This document shows, one piece after another, positions 22,198-33,976 of a DNA stretch of 61,674 nucleotides. The notes beneath the pieces are model-generated. The model searched no databases. It was not told the origin of the DNA and saw only the letters and a list, made by a program, of their open reading frames with translations. Numbering within the stretch: position 1 is the first letter of the stretch; each line of letters begins with the position of its first letter. A program made the position numbers and the translations under genes. Origin of the DNA: Thraustochytrium aureum (Eukaryota); contig BLSG01000275.1 of assembly GCA_012862495.1 (NCBI GenBank), positions 67,297 through 128,970 on the forward strand, written 5' to 3'.

Positions 22198-24209
22198 ATG
22201 GTGCACGTGATTGACGGCCAAGCGAGACCTGGACACTTTCCGAGGTCTGGGGACAAGTATGAGCGCCGGCCCACGGTGTTCAAGGCCGGCGAGCTACCCG
22301 CCTCGCCCCAGCGTGCGCAGCATGGGCGGTTCCACCTTGTGGTCTGCGCGGCCTGCCCCTGGGCGCACCGCGCGCTGCTTGTGCGGCAGCTCAAGGACCT
22401 GAGCGCGATCTCGCTCTCCGTGGTCAGCCCCATCCGCGACGACGATGTGGGGTGGAGCTTTGCCACGGAGCAGGACCGAACCAAGTACGGCGTGGAGAGC
22501 CTCGTGAGCCCATCGGAAGACAAGGCGTCTGGGGCGGGCCACAAGCTGCTGTCAGCACTGTACGTCCAAGCGGACCCCACGTACACGGGCAACGTGACGA
22601 CGCCCGTTCTCTACGACCGGGAGAACAACACGATCGTCAGCAACGACAGCTGGGATATCATCCGCTACTTGGACCGCGCGTTCGTGCCAGGCGCCGACGC
22701 CGTGGTCGACTACCCGCTCTACCCGGTGGGCGAAGAGGAGGCCATTGACGACGTGGCCAAGTGGGTCCAAGACAACCTGAACAACGCCGTGTACATGTGC
22801 GGGCTGGCGCGCAGCCAGGGCGCCTACGAGGAGGCCCTGAACAAGGTCTTTGCCTGCCTCGACGAGCTCGAGCTCATCCTCGCGCAAAGCCGATACCTGG
22901 CGGCCGGCAACGATCGCCTCTCTGTGGCCGACGTCCAGCTCTACCCGACGCTGGCGCGCTTCGACGACGTCTACCACCCGCTGTTCAAGTGCAGCCGGCG
23001 GCGACTCTGCTCGTACGCCAACTTGAGCAACTACCTGCGCGATCTCCACCAGATCGACGGCGTGGCCGAGACCCTCGACGCGCGGCAGAACCTCGACCAC
23101 TACTGGACAACCTTCACGAGCATCAACCCCAACGGGGTGGTGCCCCTCGCGTCGGTCGCCAGCGCGTTTTCGCGCCCCCACGACCGCGCTGAGCGGTTCA
23201 GCAAGGAGCGCCGCGCCGACCTAGCAAGCCGCGCCGCCGCCGTGGAGGAGGAGCAGACCGCCAAAGCCGAGCGGCAGCGCAACGGCGAGTTTGTGCGCGG
23301 GGTCAGCGCGCACCGCACGATCGTCACGCGCACCGGTGCCGAGCCGGGCTCGCTCCCCCGCCGAGAAAGGCCGCTACATCCTCTACGTAGCGAACAACTG
23401 CCCGTGGTGCGGGCGCGTCACCGCGGCGCGCGCCCTGCTCGGCTTGCAGGACGTCATCGACATGGACGTGCTCTTCTACCGCCGCGACGAGGAGCGCGGC
23501 TGGCAGTTTCTCCCGGGCGACGACATGCTGCGCGACCACGAGATCGCAAACCGCTCCTGGCTCCTCGACGGGAAGGTGGCCACAAAGGACAGCGTCAACG
23601 GGTTCAAGTTTGTTCGCGAGATATACGAGATGGAAGGCTCTGCAGAAAAAGTCGGTTCCGTTGCTCTTCGACAAGAAGACGAACAAGATCGTCAACAACG
23701 AGTCGGCCGAGATCGTGCGGATGCTTGCCCTCGGCTTTGTCGACTTTCACCGGAAGGGCGCGCCCGAGCTGTACCCGGCGCACCTCGCGAGCGAGATCGA
23801 CGACCTGAACGCTTGGATTTACCAGCAGGTCAACAACGGGGCCTACAAGGCGGGCTTCTCCAGCAACCAGGACGTCTACGAGGCGGCCTTCAAGGCCTAC
23901 TTTGCGGCCTTTGACCGCCTCGAGGCGCTTTTGGCCGAGCGCCGCTTCCTGACGGGCGACCGCGTCACCGAGGCCGACGTGCGCCTGTTTCCCACCGTCG
24001 TGCGGCACGACCCGGTCTACTACTCGCGCATGAAGCTGAACGGCAAGATGGTTCGCGACTGCCCCAACCTCCACCGCTGGTTGCGGGATATGTGGGACCA
24101 GCCAGGCATCAAGCAAGGGACCAACTTGCACCACTGCGTGTACGGCTACTTTGGCCGCACAGGGAACAATATCGTGCCAAGCGTCCAGCTCGACTCGACT
24201 TGGTACTGA
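22198..24209 (+). CDS. Two-domain glutathionyl-hydroquinone reductase (Xi-class GST, YqjG/Ecm4 family); frameshifts near 23358 and 23650
   Basis: Domain 1: RFHLVVCAACPWAHR, TTPVLYD, IVSNDS, NNAVYMCG, ARFDDVY. Domain 2: GEFVR, GRYILYVANNCPWCGR, SVPLLFD, IVNNESAEI, NNGAYKAGF, RHDPVYY. Shifts fall at CCCCC and AAAAAA runs. Confidence 0.9.
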
Positions 24210-24528
24210 GCCGCCATGTGTGGATCCTCTTTTTTTTGTGGCTGTCGGGCACGCTGCTCTCGCCGACCGTCTGGTCCTGCCAAGCAGGCGAGTCTGCGCC
24301 GCGACCGTGTTGAGCGCCCAGGCCAACCTGTGAGGCCGTCGAGCCCTGCGCGCTCTCGCTCAGCAGGTTTACCGCAAGCTAAACAAAGAAAATGGAGGCC
24401 AGGTCAACACCACAAGCGGCCTGTCTGTAGACTCCTTGACATCCTAGCTCTAGCTAGCTAAGGGATGGCTCTGGGCGCGCATTCGGCCGCGCACATCCGC
24501 CTGACACAACCGCGTTCTAAACTCTCCG

Positions 24529-25762
24529 CTATCTCCAACACGGGTTGTAAACATCAACCCCGCCGCAGTGCATCGCGCACTGGCGGCGCTGCGCGTCGGT
24601 AACGCGCGTCCCAAGCGCAACGGCGATGTCCGGCCCGTGTTCGCAAAAGTTGTTGAGCTTGACAAGGTTCGCGGAGGCGAGGCCGGCCGCGGCGCCGCGA
24701 CCCGGCCTCAGCCGTGCCGTGAGGTTGCCGAGCACAAACCGGTTGAGTCTGCTCACGTGGTTTACGTCCAGCAAATTGTAGGAAAGCAGGTAGTGGGTCT
24801 CTGTCCCAGCGGATTGCCAGATCAGCTGCAGCTCTTCAAAGATAGAGCCCGGCGCGTCGCGCCCGGCCGGCTCGAAGGCGCTAGCCAGCGTGCGCTGCAC
24901 GTAGTTTTCCAGCGCGCGGAACGACCTGTCCGGCGCTAGCGGGTTGAAGCCGATGTCGCTCTCAAAGTTGTCGTCCACGCAACTAACGTTCAGGTCGGGC
25001 TGCCCGGTGTCGCCGATGTCGATCTTCCACGCAGCCATCACGCCGTCCAGGCGGGCACGCCAAAGCCACCACGGGCGCTTCCCGGCCCCCCAGCACCCAG
25101 AGAGGGATTTACCGTCCGGCCCCACGTTGATCGCGCTGCGGATACCGTGGACTGCCAGCGCGTCGAGCACATCCGCCATCAGGACCGGGTCGACTTTGCC
25201 CATGAAAAGGTCTGGCACGATCTTGAGCACCACCGCCTCAAGCTTGTTCTCGCGGCTCCAGCGAGCTATGGAACCAAGCTCTGACTCTAGCGTGACGTGG
25301 TACAGCCAAGCGCCTCCGTGATGCATGCAAACCTTGCCCTCGAGCTCCTGCCCGGTCCTCTCAAAGTGCTCCTTGAGCGCTCGCTTTGCGTCTCGGGGAG
25401 CCAGGGCACCGGCCAACGCGCAGGTCGAGGGCTCGCGCCCCGCAGTCGAGCAGCGCTGAAAACCCGCTCGGATACTGCGCGGCGGTCCAATGAAACGTCG
25501 CGTTGGTTCGGAACGACTGTGTCTTGAAGTGCCTGCATTCGTGCCGCCTTCCATGGGGAGGAAAGTACGCCATCGCGGCATCATGCGCCATCAAGAACGG
25601 AGCCTCCAGCACGCGCTTCGGCCACGCTTCCTCCCCATGCGCATCGCGCACGATGATCTCCTCGCGTCGACTCTCGTCCTCGCCATGGCAGACGGCCGTG
25701 CCAACCCACAACGCCCCGAGAACTCCCACAACCGTCCGCCACGCCCTCCGCCTCCCCCACAT
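24529..25762 (-). CDS. Secreted PI-PLC X-domain-like phosphodiesterase; frameshift near 25410
   Basis: Signal-peptide-like N-terminus (VVGVLGALWVGTAVC), then MAHDA, TQ...LLDCGARALDLR and MHHG, matching PI-PLC-X catalytic His motifs. Confidence 0.7.
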
Positions 25763-26792
25763 CCGCCCTCGTCAGCGACCCCGCCCCGCGAGTGCGTCCC
25801 AGGGCGACCTGCGCGAGGCAGGCAACGAACGAAAGGCCGACCGGTACAAGCCGGTGAGGCGCGGGGNNNNNNNNNNNNNNNNNNNNNNNNNNNNNNNNNN
25901 NNNNNNNNNNNNNNNNNNNNNNNNNNNNNNNNNNNNNNNNNNNNNNNNNNNNNNNNNNNNNNNNNNNNNNNNNNNNNNNNNNNNNNNNNNNNNNNNNNNN
26001 NNNNNNNNNNNNNNNNNNNNNNNNNNNNNNNNNNNNNNNNNNNNNNNNNNNNNNNNNNNNNNNNNNNNNNNNNNNNNNNNNNNNNNNNNNNNNNNNNNNN
26101 NNNNNNNNNNNNNNNNNNNNNNNNNNNNNNNNNNNNNNNNNNNNNNNNNNNNNNNNNNNNNNNNNNNNNNNNNNNNNNNNNNNNNNNNNNNNNNNNNNNN
26201 NNNNNNNNNNNNNNNNNNNNNNNNNNNNNNNNNNNNNNNNNNNNNNNNNNNNNNNNNNNNNNNNNNNNNNNNNNNNNNNNNNNNNNNNNNNNNNNNNNNN
26301 NNNNNNNNNNNNNNNNNNNNNNNNNNNNNNNNNNNNNNNNNNNNNNNNNNNNNNNNNNNNNNNNNNNNNNNNNNNNNNNNNNNNNNNNNNNNNNNNNNNN
26401 NNNNNNNNNNNNNNNNNNNNNNNNNNNNNNNNNNNNNNNNNNNNNNNNNNNNNNNNNNNNNNNNNNNNNNNNNNNNNNNNNNNNNNNNNNNNNNNNNNNN
26501 NNNNNNNNNNNNNNNNNNNNNNNNNNNNNNNNNNNNNNNNNNNNNNNNNNNNNNNNNNNNNNNNNNNNNNNNNNNNNNNNNNNNNNNNNNNNNNNNNNNN
26601 NNNNNNNNNNNNNNNNNNNNNNNNNNNNNNNNNNNNNNNNNNNNNNNNNNNNNNNNNNNNNNNNNNNNNNNNNNNNNNNNNNNNNNNNNNNNNNNNNNNN
26701 NNNNNNNNNNNNNNNNNNNNNNNNNNNNNNNNNNNNNNNNNNNNNNNNNNNNNNNNNNNNNNNNNNNNNNNNNNNNNNNNNNNNNNNNNNNN

Positions 26793-29377
26793 GACAAGCG
26801 GCGCAAGGAGAGGGCGAAGGTCGAGAGCGACCAGCAGCAAGCGCTGCGCGAGGCGAAGGCGGAAGCCGTGCGGCGCGAAAAGGAGCGCGCAGTTGCCCTC
26901 TCCCGTGGCACCGCCAAGCCCGCTGCCACCACGACCGGTGGCCCTGGACGCCGCAGGTCGACGTCTACAATGAGCGAGCAGGAGGTTTGCAAGATCAGAG
27001 CTGAGGCGAAGCGCCGTGAGGAGCTCCGGGAGAGGCAGCGGCGCAAGTCTCTGGCGCTCGGAAAAGAAACGCTGGTGGGGCAGCAAAGGCCAGCCTGGGA
27101 CCGGCAGCAAAGCGCTTCGCCTCGTGCGAGCTCCGGTACCGACGCTGGCCGCCGACGAGGTCGCGGCTCTGAAGGCTGAAGCTGTCAAGCGCGAGGAACG
27201 GCGCGCTCGCCGCGCAGCCAAAGTGCTCAAGCTCGCCGCGCCGCGCGCGCCAGAGGGCGAGGAGGCGATGCGGGCCCTGGAGGCCGCTTTTCGAAGGAAG
27301 CTGGCGCCCAAGGCCTTGCCACAATCCAAAGTGCTAGTCGGCTTGCTCAAGCGCATGGATTTAGCTTGGGGGCGCTTGGGTCTCGCAAGTGGGTTTCGTG
27401 GCCCACGTTCTGCGAGCATCTGGCCCCTGCGCCGCCAAGCGCTTGCCCCCCGGCGAGCCAGCACCTCAGCACGCACTCCGCTGCGCCAGCGACCTCTGCG
27501 CCGGCGTTCTCGGCACGCGAGCTGGAGCGGCGCATCCAAGAGATCCTCTCTTTGTGCCACGCGTCCTTCCAGGAGCTTGCAAAGCACTCGAGCAGCCCTG
27601 ACGGCCGCGTGCCGCCCTCGGATCTCAACGCGGTTCTGGGCGACGAAGCCGACGCGAGCTTTCGCATCGTGCGAGGTGGCCTCCGCATGCCGATGCTTCG
27701 CTCAACGAAGGATGACCCGATCTCCTGGGCAACCTATCGCTCCTGGCTCGTAAAGGAACTCGTGGACAAGTCGCCCGCCAACTTGGCAGTCCTGGGCGAG
27801 GAAGCTCGTGCAAGGCTTGCGGGACACAGCGGTGGCAGCGCCGTCGGGAAACCAGCGCTAGCCAAGCAGCCCCGCGCGCAGCTGGACGATGGCGCGGCGC
27901 CGCCAACGCCAACGCCCAGCAGGTTGCGCCGCGCCCCACCGCTCAGCCCCAGCTCGGTCGACAGCGCCACATCGGAGGCGACAAAAGACGCAGCTGAGGC
28001 GCTCGCCGCGGGGCGACATGCCGAAGAGGCAGATGTGCCTCGCACACAAGACGTGCGCAAGGCCGCCGCGGCGCCGCCCNNNNNNNNNNNNNNNNNNNNN
28101 NNNNNNNNNNNNNNNNNNNNNNNNNNNNNNNNNNNNNNNNNNNNNNNNNNNNNNNNNNNNNNNNNNNNNNNNNNNNNNNNNNNNNNNNNNNNNNNNNNNN
28201 NNNNNNNNNNNNNNNNNNNNNNNNNNNNNNNNNNNNNNNNNNNNNNNNNNNNNNNNNNNNNNNNNNNNNNNNNNNNNNNNNNNNNNNNNNNNNNNNNNNN
28301 NNNNNNNNNNNNNNNNNNNNNNNNNNNNNNNNNNNNNNNNNNNNNNNNNNNNNNNNNNNNNNNNNNNNNNNNNNNNNNNNNNNNNNNNNNNNNNNNNNNN
28401 NNNNNNNNNNNNNNNNNNNNNNNNNNNNNNNNNNNNNNNNNNNNNNNNNNNNNNNNNNNNNNNNNNNNNNNNNNNNNNNNNNNNNNNNNNNNNNNNNNNN
28501 NNNNNNNNNNNNNNNNNNNNNNNNNNNNNNNNNNNNNNNNNNNNNNNNNNNNNNNNNNNNNNNNNNNNNNNNNNNNNNNGCCGCCATTGAGGCGGAGCAG
28601 GCGATGCTCGAGTGGGTGAACCAAGGTCGGATTCCAAAGCAGAACGACCTCGTACAGTGGCTGCTCTTACATTGCGTTGTCCGCATCGCTGGCGACGAAC
28701 TCGACCCAGAGACCGCCCACGTGCACATCGTGCTTCCGGGCGACGACGATTTCGCTGGCGAGGAGGCGAGGACGGCACTTGGAACCAAGGAGGATCGAGT
28801 CAACCGTGTGCAGGCGTCCAGCCCGGGGCGTCCACGGCGCTCGGGGCGGAGTGCGGAGGGGCGCAGCGGGTCTCCTCTTGGTGCTTTGGCTGCGCCAGAC
28901 AGGTCTCCGGCGCGTGCGCGCGAGCTCGAGCCGGCGCAAAAGGTCGTGCGCGAGACGCTGGACGGCAAGCCCGCCTCGGCGCGCGACGTTGAGCAGTGGG
29001 TTGCGCAGCGCAAGTCTAGCCTTCTCAGTGCTCTGTGGACCTTGTGCAGTCCTGAGCTGACCAAGTCAGAAGTGCGGGACCTGGGCCGGGGACGCAAGAG
29101 CGCGCTGGAGGTTTTGGCTTCGCTTGTGGACGAGGGCTTGCTCGCCAAGCAATGGAAGGCCAAGACGCGCGGACTGACGGTGGCGGATGTCTTTGATACG
29201 TTCCGCCGGCACGAGGCCGTCGATCGGCCAGGCGAGCTGGATGCGAGTGCATTTGTTGCCGTGCTCCAGGACGCGCTGCGGCTCGACGTGCCCGAGTGGC
29301 AGCTTTCCGTCTGGCACGCGCGGTTCCCAGAGTATCGCTCTTTCATCCGCGCCGTGTATCAGAGCATGGCTCGGTGA
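26793..29377 (+). CDS. Hypothetical protein(s), partial: coiled-coil segment and degenerate EF-hand-like helices; gap 28080-28579; frameshifts
   Basis: R/E/A-rich coiled-coil frames at 26793-27350, ORFs from 27366 and 28604-29377 (DVFDTF...DRPGELDASAFVAVL). It may be more than one gene. Confidence 0.45.
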
Positions 29378-29429
29378 CCCAAGTCACCCAACGCCAATAA
29401 GCGCGTATTTCGTTTTCCCGTTTTCCGCT

Positions 29430-29765
29430 TTCATGGCTTGCGCGCAGCTGAAACGTATCTCCTGCAAGGCCAAGCTGTCTTTTGTGTGGTTCAAGCCACT
29501 TGCGCGCGGGGCTCGCTCGCCAGCGGCTCGCGCCTTTCGCAAAGCATGCGAAGAAGTTGCCTGCGCCAACTACAACTACTTTGAGTACTTTGATCCGCAA
29601 GTGATCGGTAGCAAATTCGTTTGTCGTGTCAGCATCGCAGGCTGTCATCCGTCAAGTCTTGCGTCATCTGGGTACCTTTCGATTCGCCTCAAGCGCGCGC
29701 CCATGGGGCTTCTCTGGTTCCTCTCCAGCGCGCCGCCTCCGTGGCGCAGCGAGACGCCCCCGTCG
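29430..29765 (+). repeat. Dispersed repeat, copy B (homologous to ~555-870)
   Basis: See copy A; same orientation, shared exact 22-mer and 11-mer plus collinear blocks. Confidence 0.7.
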
Positions 29766-29907
29766 GTGCCGCATAACTGACCTAATAAGGTTCGGCAGCG
29801 CCTTCCGTCTCTTTTCAATCTAAAGCGTGGGCAACCAGATGGAGAATCATGAACAGTCAGACATGCATGCCTTCTCCCTGTCCAGAGGACCGGAAGCCAA
29901 GTGCGGG

Positions 29908-32130
29908 CTACGCGGCACTTGGGCTAGGACCGGCAGAGGCAGCCTCAGCGCTTAACCGGTCGCTCCAGTGTGTACGTGTCTTGGACTCAATCTCGATCGT
30001 GTACTTGCCCGCAAGGTTGAAGAGGCGAGCCGCTTCGTCCGGCATGTCTAGCTTTTTGCAAATGCAGAGCAAATCGTTCACGAGGCGCGCCGTCGGCTTG
30101 AGGTTCGACGCGCGGTAGTTGATGACGTGCGCGACCAGGTTGGCAACTGCCTCCGAGAGCCCAGCCCTTGCTCGGTCCAGCTCGACCCCGTCCAGGTGAA
30201 AGGAGAAGTTTGAATTCGCAAGGTAGTGGAGCGACGGCAGTTTCGCCATGGCGAGCAGAGTGAGCGAGTGCGGGTTCGGGCTGACTCCGCTGGACTGCAT
30301 GTCTGCGAACGCGGCAATCGCACCTTGCGGATCCTTGCGCCTCAAAAGATGGCACACCATCGCCGCGTTGGCCAGCTTGGGGTTTGGCGGCGAACTGGTC
30401 AGCGCGGTCAGCCTTCCGACAAGCTCGGTCGCGCTCTCCAGTTCGCCAACGCCATAGTAGACAGTCGCCATCAAGCTGAGGTCGTGCGGCGCGTGCTCGC
30501 CAGAGGCGTCCGTCGGGAGGCTGTCAAACAACTCTCGCGCAAAAGCCACGGGGACGTCTTCTGGGACGGCACTGAGCTTGATCGCGCAGAACCCTACCAA
30601 GTTGAGCACCTCGCGCCGACACTCGGGCCATTCAAGCGCATATGCGTGGCTGGTCTGCAGCCAATTTTGGAGACCAACAACACCATCTGAGCTGCGCAGG
30701 TGCCTGAGGGCCCTGAAGACGACTTGAAGGGCATTCGGGCTGTCAAAGTGCCGCCTCCGCCTGCGAACTTCGCCGAGAATGCGGCGCAAAGAGGGTTCAG
30801 AGAGCGGCGCCGCCTCCGTGTACACGGTGAGCAGCGTATCAAGCAGCTTGTCCGAATAGTGATGGAATGGGTTTGAGCGTGTGGGTCTCTCGCGGCTCAT
30901 GGCGTTGAGCCCTGGGTCGCTCCGCAACATGTTTTCGATCCGCTCCACCTCGGCATGGGCCCTCGGGTCGATCGATGCGCTCCCCAGAGGCAGCCATGAG
31001 CGCGACGCTGCGACGTAGAGACCCAGTGCAAAGTGGAACTCGGCCTGTGACTCTGTGGGCGACGCTTTGGCGAGCCTCTTTAGCGTCCTCGCCGACGTGC
31101 GGTGGCGGTCGAGCAAAATAAATTGGCACAGCTTGTGGTTGCGCTCGTCGGCGGCGCGAAAGGCCATGGCAAGGACGGCGGAGCGGTTGTGGTGAGACAC
31201 GATCATGGTTCGCATCCACAGGTGCATCGTGTCCGAGGGCACATTGGTGGAGCGCATCACGTGAAACAGACCAGCCTTTTCTTCCTTTGACAGGGATTTC
31301 GGGAGCCGCATCTCTTCGACAAACTTGGCCCGCAGCAGCACGAGGTCGATGGCGGCCTTGGCGATGTCCATGCGTTCCAGCCTCGAGGTTCCGCCCTGCA
31401 CAATCACGCCAGGCTGAAACCCGAACAGGGCTTCGACCTTCTCCATCTCCTTCTTTGAGCTGTATTCGGCAATCATGCTGGAGGCGACACTAACGACGGG
31501 GCGCTTGAAGGAGGAAACCGGCATCGACGCGATGGCCTGCCAAGCCGCAGCGAAAAGCTCGCGTGAAGGCTGCACGCCCTTTTGCTCCACGCGGCGGCTT
31601 AGCATGGCTGGCGCGCTGGCAGGGTCGTCACGGAGCAGAGCCGAGGTTGCCGCGGCGTACGCGTATTGAAGGCGAGGCGTTGCGCTCTCTTCGGACTTTG
31701 TGGGTTCGAACGCGCGCCAAAAGGCTCCAGTGAGCCTGCGCCCGTCCGCGCGTTGGCCGCGTAGCGCCTCGAATCGCCCAAGAGATTCTCTGGACTTGGT
31801 CCGCCTTGCTTTTGCCTCCTCAATTCGGACACGAACGCCCCCCAGGCCGCGTCCACATCCTGGCCCGCTTGCACTTGAAAGCTGCGACGCGGCGCTTGCG
31901 CGAGCGCCCTTCCTCCACCGGCGCACCTTGGCCACCCGGCTCGCCACGCCTTCGCGCTGTTTCGCAGCGCCAGCGAGACCGCGCTTGCCATCACGAGCGC
32001 CTGACCAATGCCTGCTGGCACCCTGCACCGGAGCCGAGCGCTTGAGAGGCAAGCCCCAGCAGCAGCCGCGGCCTTGCGCGACTGCTCGGTCCACTCGCGC
32101 TGCTCCTTTCAAGATCAAAAGATCAATCAA
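29908..32130 (-). CDS. PPR-like helical repeat protein, probably organelle-targeted (start uncertain)
   Basis: 740-aa ORF. PPR-like units PNPKLANAAMVCHL...GAIAAFADMQSSGVSPN and KPTARLVNDLLCICKKLDMPDEAARLFNL. Basic N-terminus. Confidence 0.6.
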   Translation of the reverse strand: MIDLLILKGAARVDRAVAQGRGCCWGLPLKRSAPVQGASRHWSGARDGKRGLAGAAKQREGVASRVAKVRRWRKGARASAASQLSSASGPGCGRGLGGVRVRIEEAKARRTKSRESLGRFEALRGQRADGRRLTGAFWRAFEPTKSEESATPRLQYAYAAATSALLRDDPASAPAMLSRRVEQKGVQPSRELFAAAWQAIASMPVSSFKRPVVSVASSMIAEYSSKKEMEKVEALFGFQPGVIVQGGTSRLERMDIAKAAIDLVLLRAKFVEEMRLPKSLSKEEKAGLFHVMRSTNVPSDTMHLWMRTMIVSHHNRSAVLAMAFRAADERNHKLCQFILLDRHRTSARTLKRLAKASPTESQAEFHFALGLYVAASRSWLPLGSASIDPRAHAEVERIENMLRSDPGLNAMSRERPTRSNPFHHYSDKLLDTLLTVYTEAAPLSEPSLRRILGEVRRRRRHFDSPNALQVVFRALRHLRSSDGVVGLQNWLQTSHAYALEWPECRREVLNLVGFCAIKLSAVPEDVPVAFARELFDSLPTDASGEHAPHDLSLMATVYYGVGELESATELVGRLTALTSSPPNPKLANAAMVCHLLRRKDPQGAIAAFADMQSSGVSPNPHSLTLLAMAKLPSLHYLANSNFSFHLDGVELDRARAGLSEAVANLVAHVINYRASNLKPTARLVNDLLCICKKLDMPDEAARLFNLAGKYTIEIESKTRTHWSDRLSAEAASAGPSPSAA

Positions 32131-33528
32131 TCAATCAACCAAAGCCTCGCGGAAAGTCCTGCGATGCTCGCGCAACTCGCCCAGAACCGCATCGGACAGA
32201 GCGTGGGCCGGGCACGGGCGGTCTTGCTTGTCTGCGCGAGCGCAGCGCGAGCACCGCACATGACGAGGGTGTTGGCCGTCGGAGAACGAGTCGGGGCGCA
32301 CGCAGCCTGGGAACACGCTGCAAAGCGGCAGGCAGGCAGGTCGAACGACACAGAAGTCGTCCTGTAACGAGAGAAAAGAACGGCAAGTCGAACATCGACG
32401 CCGAGCGTCGCAGTGTCCAGTCATCTATCTATCTATCAGCGTCCAACCTCAGCAAGCGGCACGGCCTTCACCGACACNNNNNNNNNNNNNNNNNNNNNNN
32501 NNNNNNNNNNNNNNNNNNNNNNNNNNNNNNNNNNNNNNNNNNNNNNNNNNNNNNNNNNNNNNNNNNNNNNNNNNNNNNNNNNNNNNNNNNNNNNNNNNNN
32601 NNNNNNNNNNNNNNNNNNNNNNNNNNNNNNNNNNNNNNNNNNNNNNNNNNNNNNNNNNNNNNNNNNNNNNNNNNNNNNNNNNNNNNNNNNNNNNNNNNNN
32701 NNNNNNNNNNNNNNNNNNNNNNNNNNNNNNNNNNNNNNNNNNNNNNNNNNNNNNNNNNNNNNNNNNNNNNNNNNNNNNNNNNNNNNNNNNNNNNNNNNNN
32801 NNNNNNNNNNNNNNNNNNNNNNNNNNNNNNNNNNNNNNNNNNNNNNNNNNNNNNNNNNNNNNNNNNNNNNNNNNNNNNNNNNNNNNNNNNNNNNNNNNNN
32901 NNNNNNNNNNNNNNNNNNNNNNNNNNNNNNNNNNNNNNNNNNNNNNNNNNNNNNNNNNNNNNNNNNNNNNNNNNNNNNNNNNNNNNNNNNNNNNNNNNNN
33001 NNNNNNNNNNNNNNNNNNNNNNNNNNNNNNNNNNNNNNNNNNNNNNNNNNNNNNNNNNNNNNNNNNNNNNNNNNNNNNNNNNNNNNNNNNNNNNNNNNNN
33101 NNNNNNNNNNNNNNNNNNNNNNNNNNNNNNNNNNNNNNNNNNNNNNNNNNNNNNNNNNNNNNNNNNNNNNNNNNNNNNNNNNNNNNNNNNNNNNNNNNNN
33201 NNNNNNNNNNNNNNNNNNNNNNNNNNNNNNNNNNNNNNNNNNNNNNNNNNNNNNNNNNNNNNNNNNNNNNNNNNNNNNNNNNNNNNNNNNNNNNNNNNNN
33301 NNNNNNNNNNNNNNNNNNNNNNNNNNNNNNNNNNNNNNNNNNNNNNNNNNNNNNNNNNNNNNNNNNNNNNNNNNNNNNNNNNNNNNCTTCTTCAAGGAGC
33401 GTGTTGCGTGACTTGCGTCATGACGCGGCGCTTTGCACGTTGTGCGCGTGCGTTGGTTGATCCTCATGACCACTCGTCGGGCGCCCCCTTGCCTTTTTCC
33501 GTCGCAGTCCTGCGCTCGCAACGACTTG

Positions 33529-33561
33529 GTGTCAAGGAGTGTCAAGGAGTGTCAAGGAGTG
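33529..33561. repeat. 11-bp tandem repeat x3 (GTGTCAAGGA-type)
   Basis: gtgtcaaggagtgtcaaggagtgtcaaggagtg. Confidence 0.8.
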
Positions 33562-33976
33562 CCGTTCGTTCCGTTGACTCGACGGCGAGCCGTGCCGTGC
33601 GCTGTGGTCGTCGGTTGCGCTCCACCTGTAGATTGATGTGAATTCATATCAAGCTGCTGCTGCGGAGGGGCCACGTTCGGCCAATCTCGAGGGATCGGCC
33701 AGCGGGTCGCGATGCTCGAAAGGCGATCTGACGCAGAGCTATCTCATCAAGCGAGCGAGCACGAACGGGCCCAGAACCACATTCAACGGACGTGCTCGAG
33801 CTTGGCAAGAGAATCCTGATGGCGAAACACAGTTCTTTCCCAACTCTGGGGCGCCTGTGGGCTGCAAACATGTGTTTTGTGTTGATTGAATTGTATGCCT
33901 GCCTGCCTGCCTGGCTGCAGCGCGTGGCGCTCTGCCAGCGGGCTTGCGCACGCGCTACTTGTTCCATTCCAGGCCG

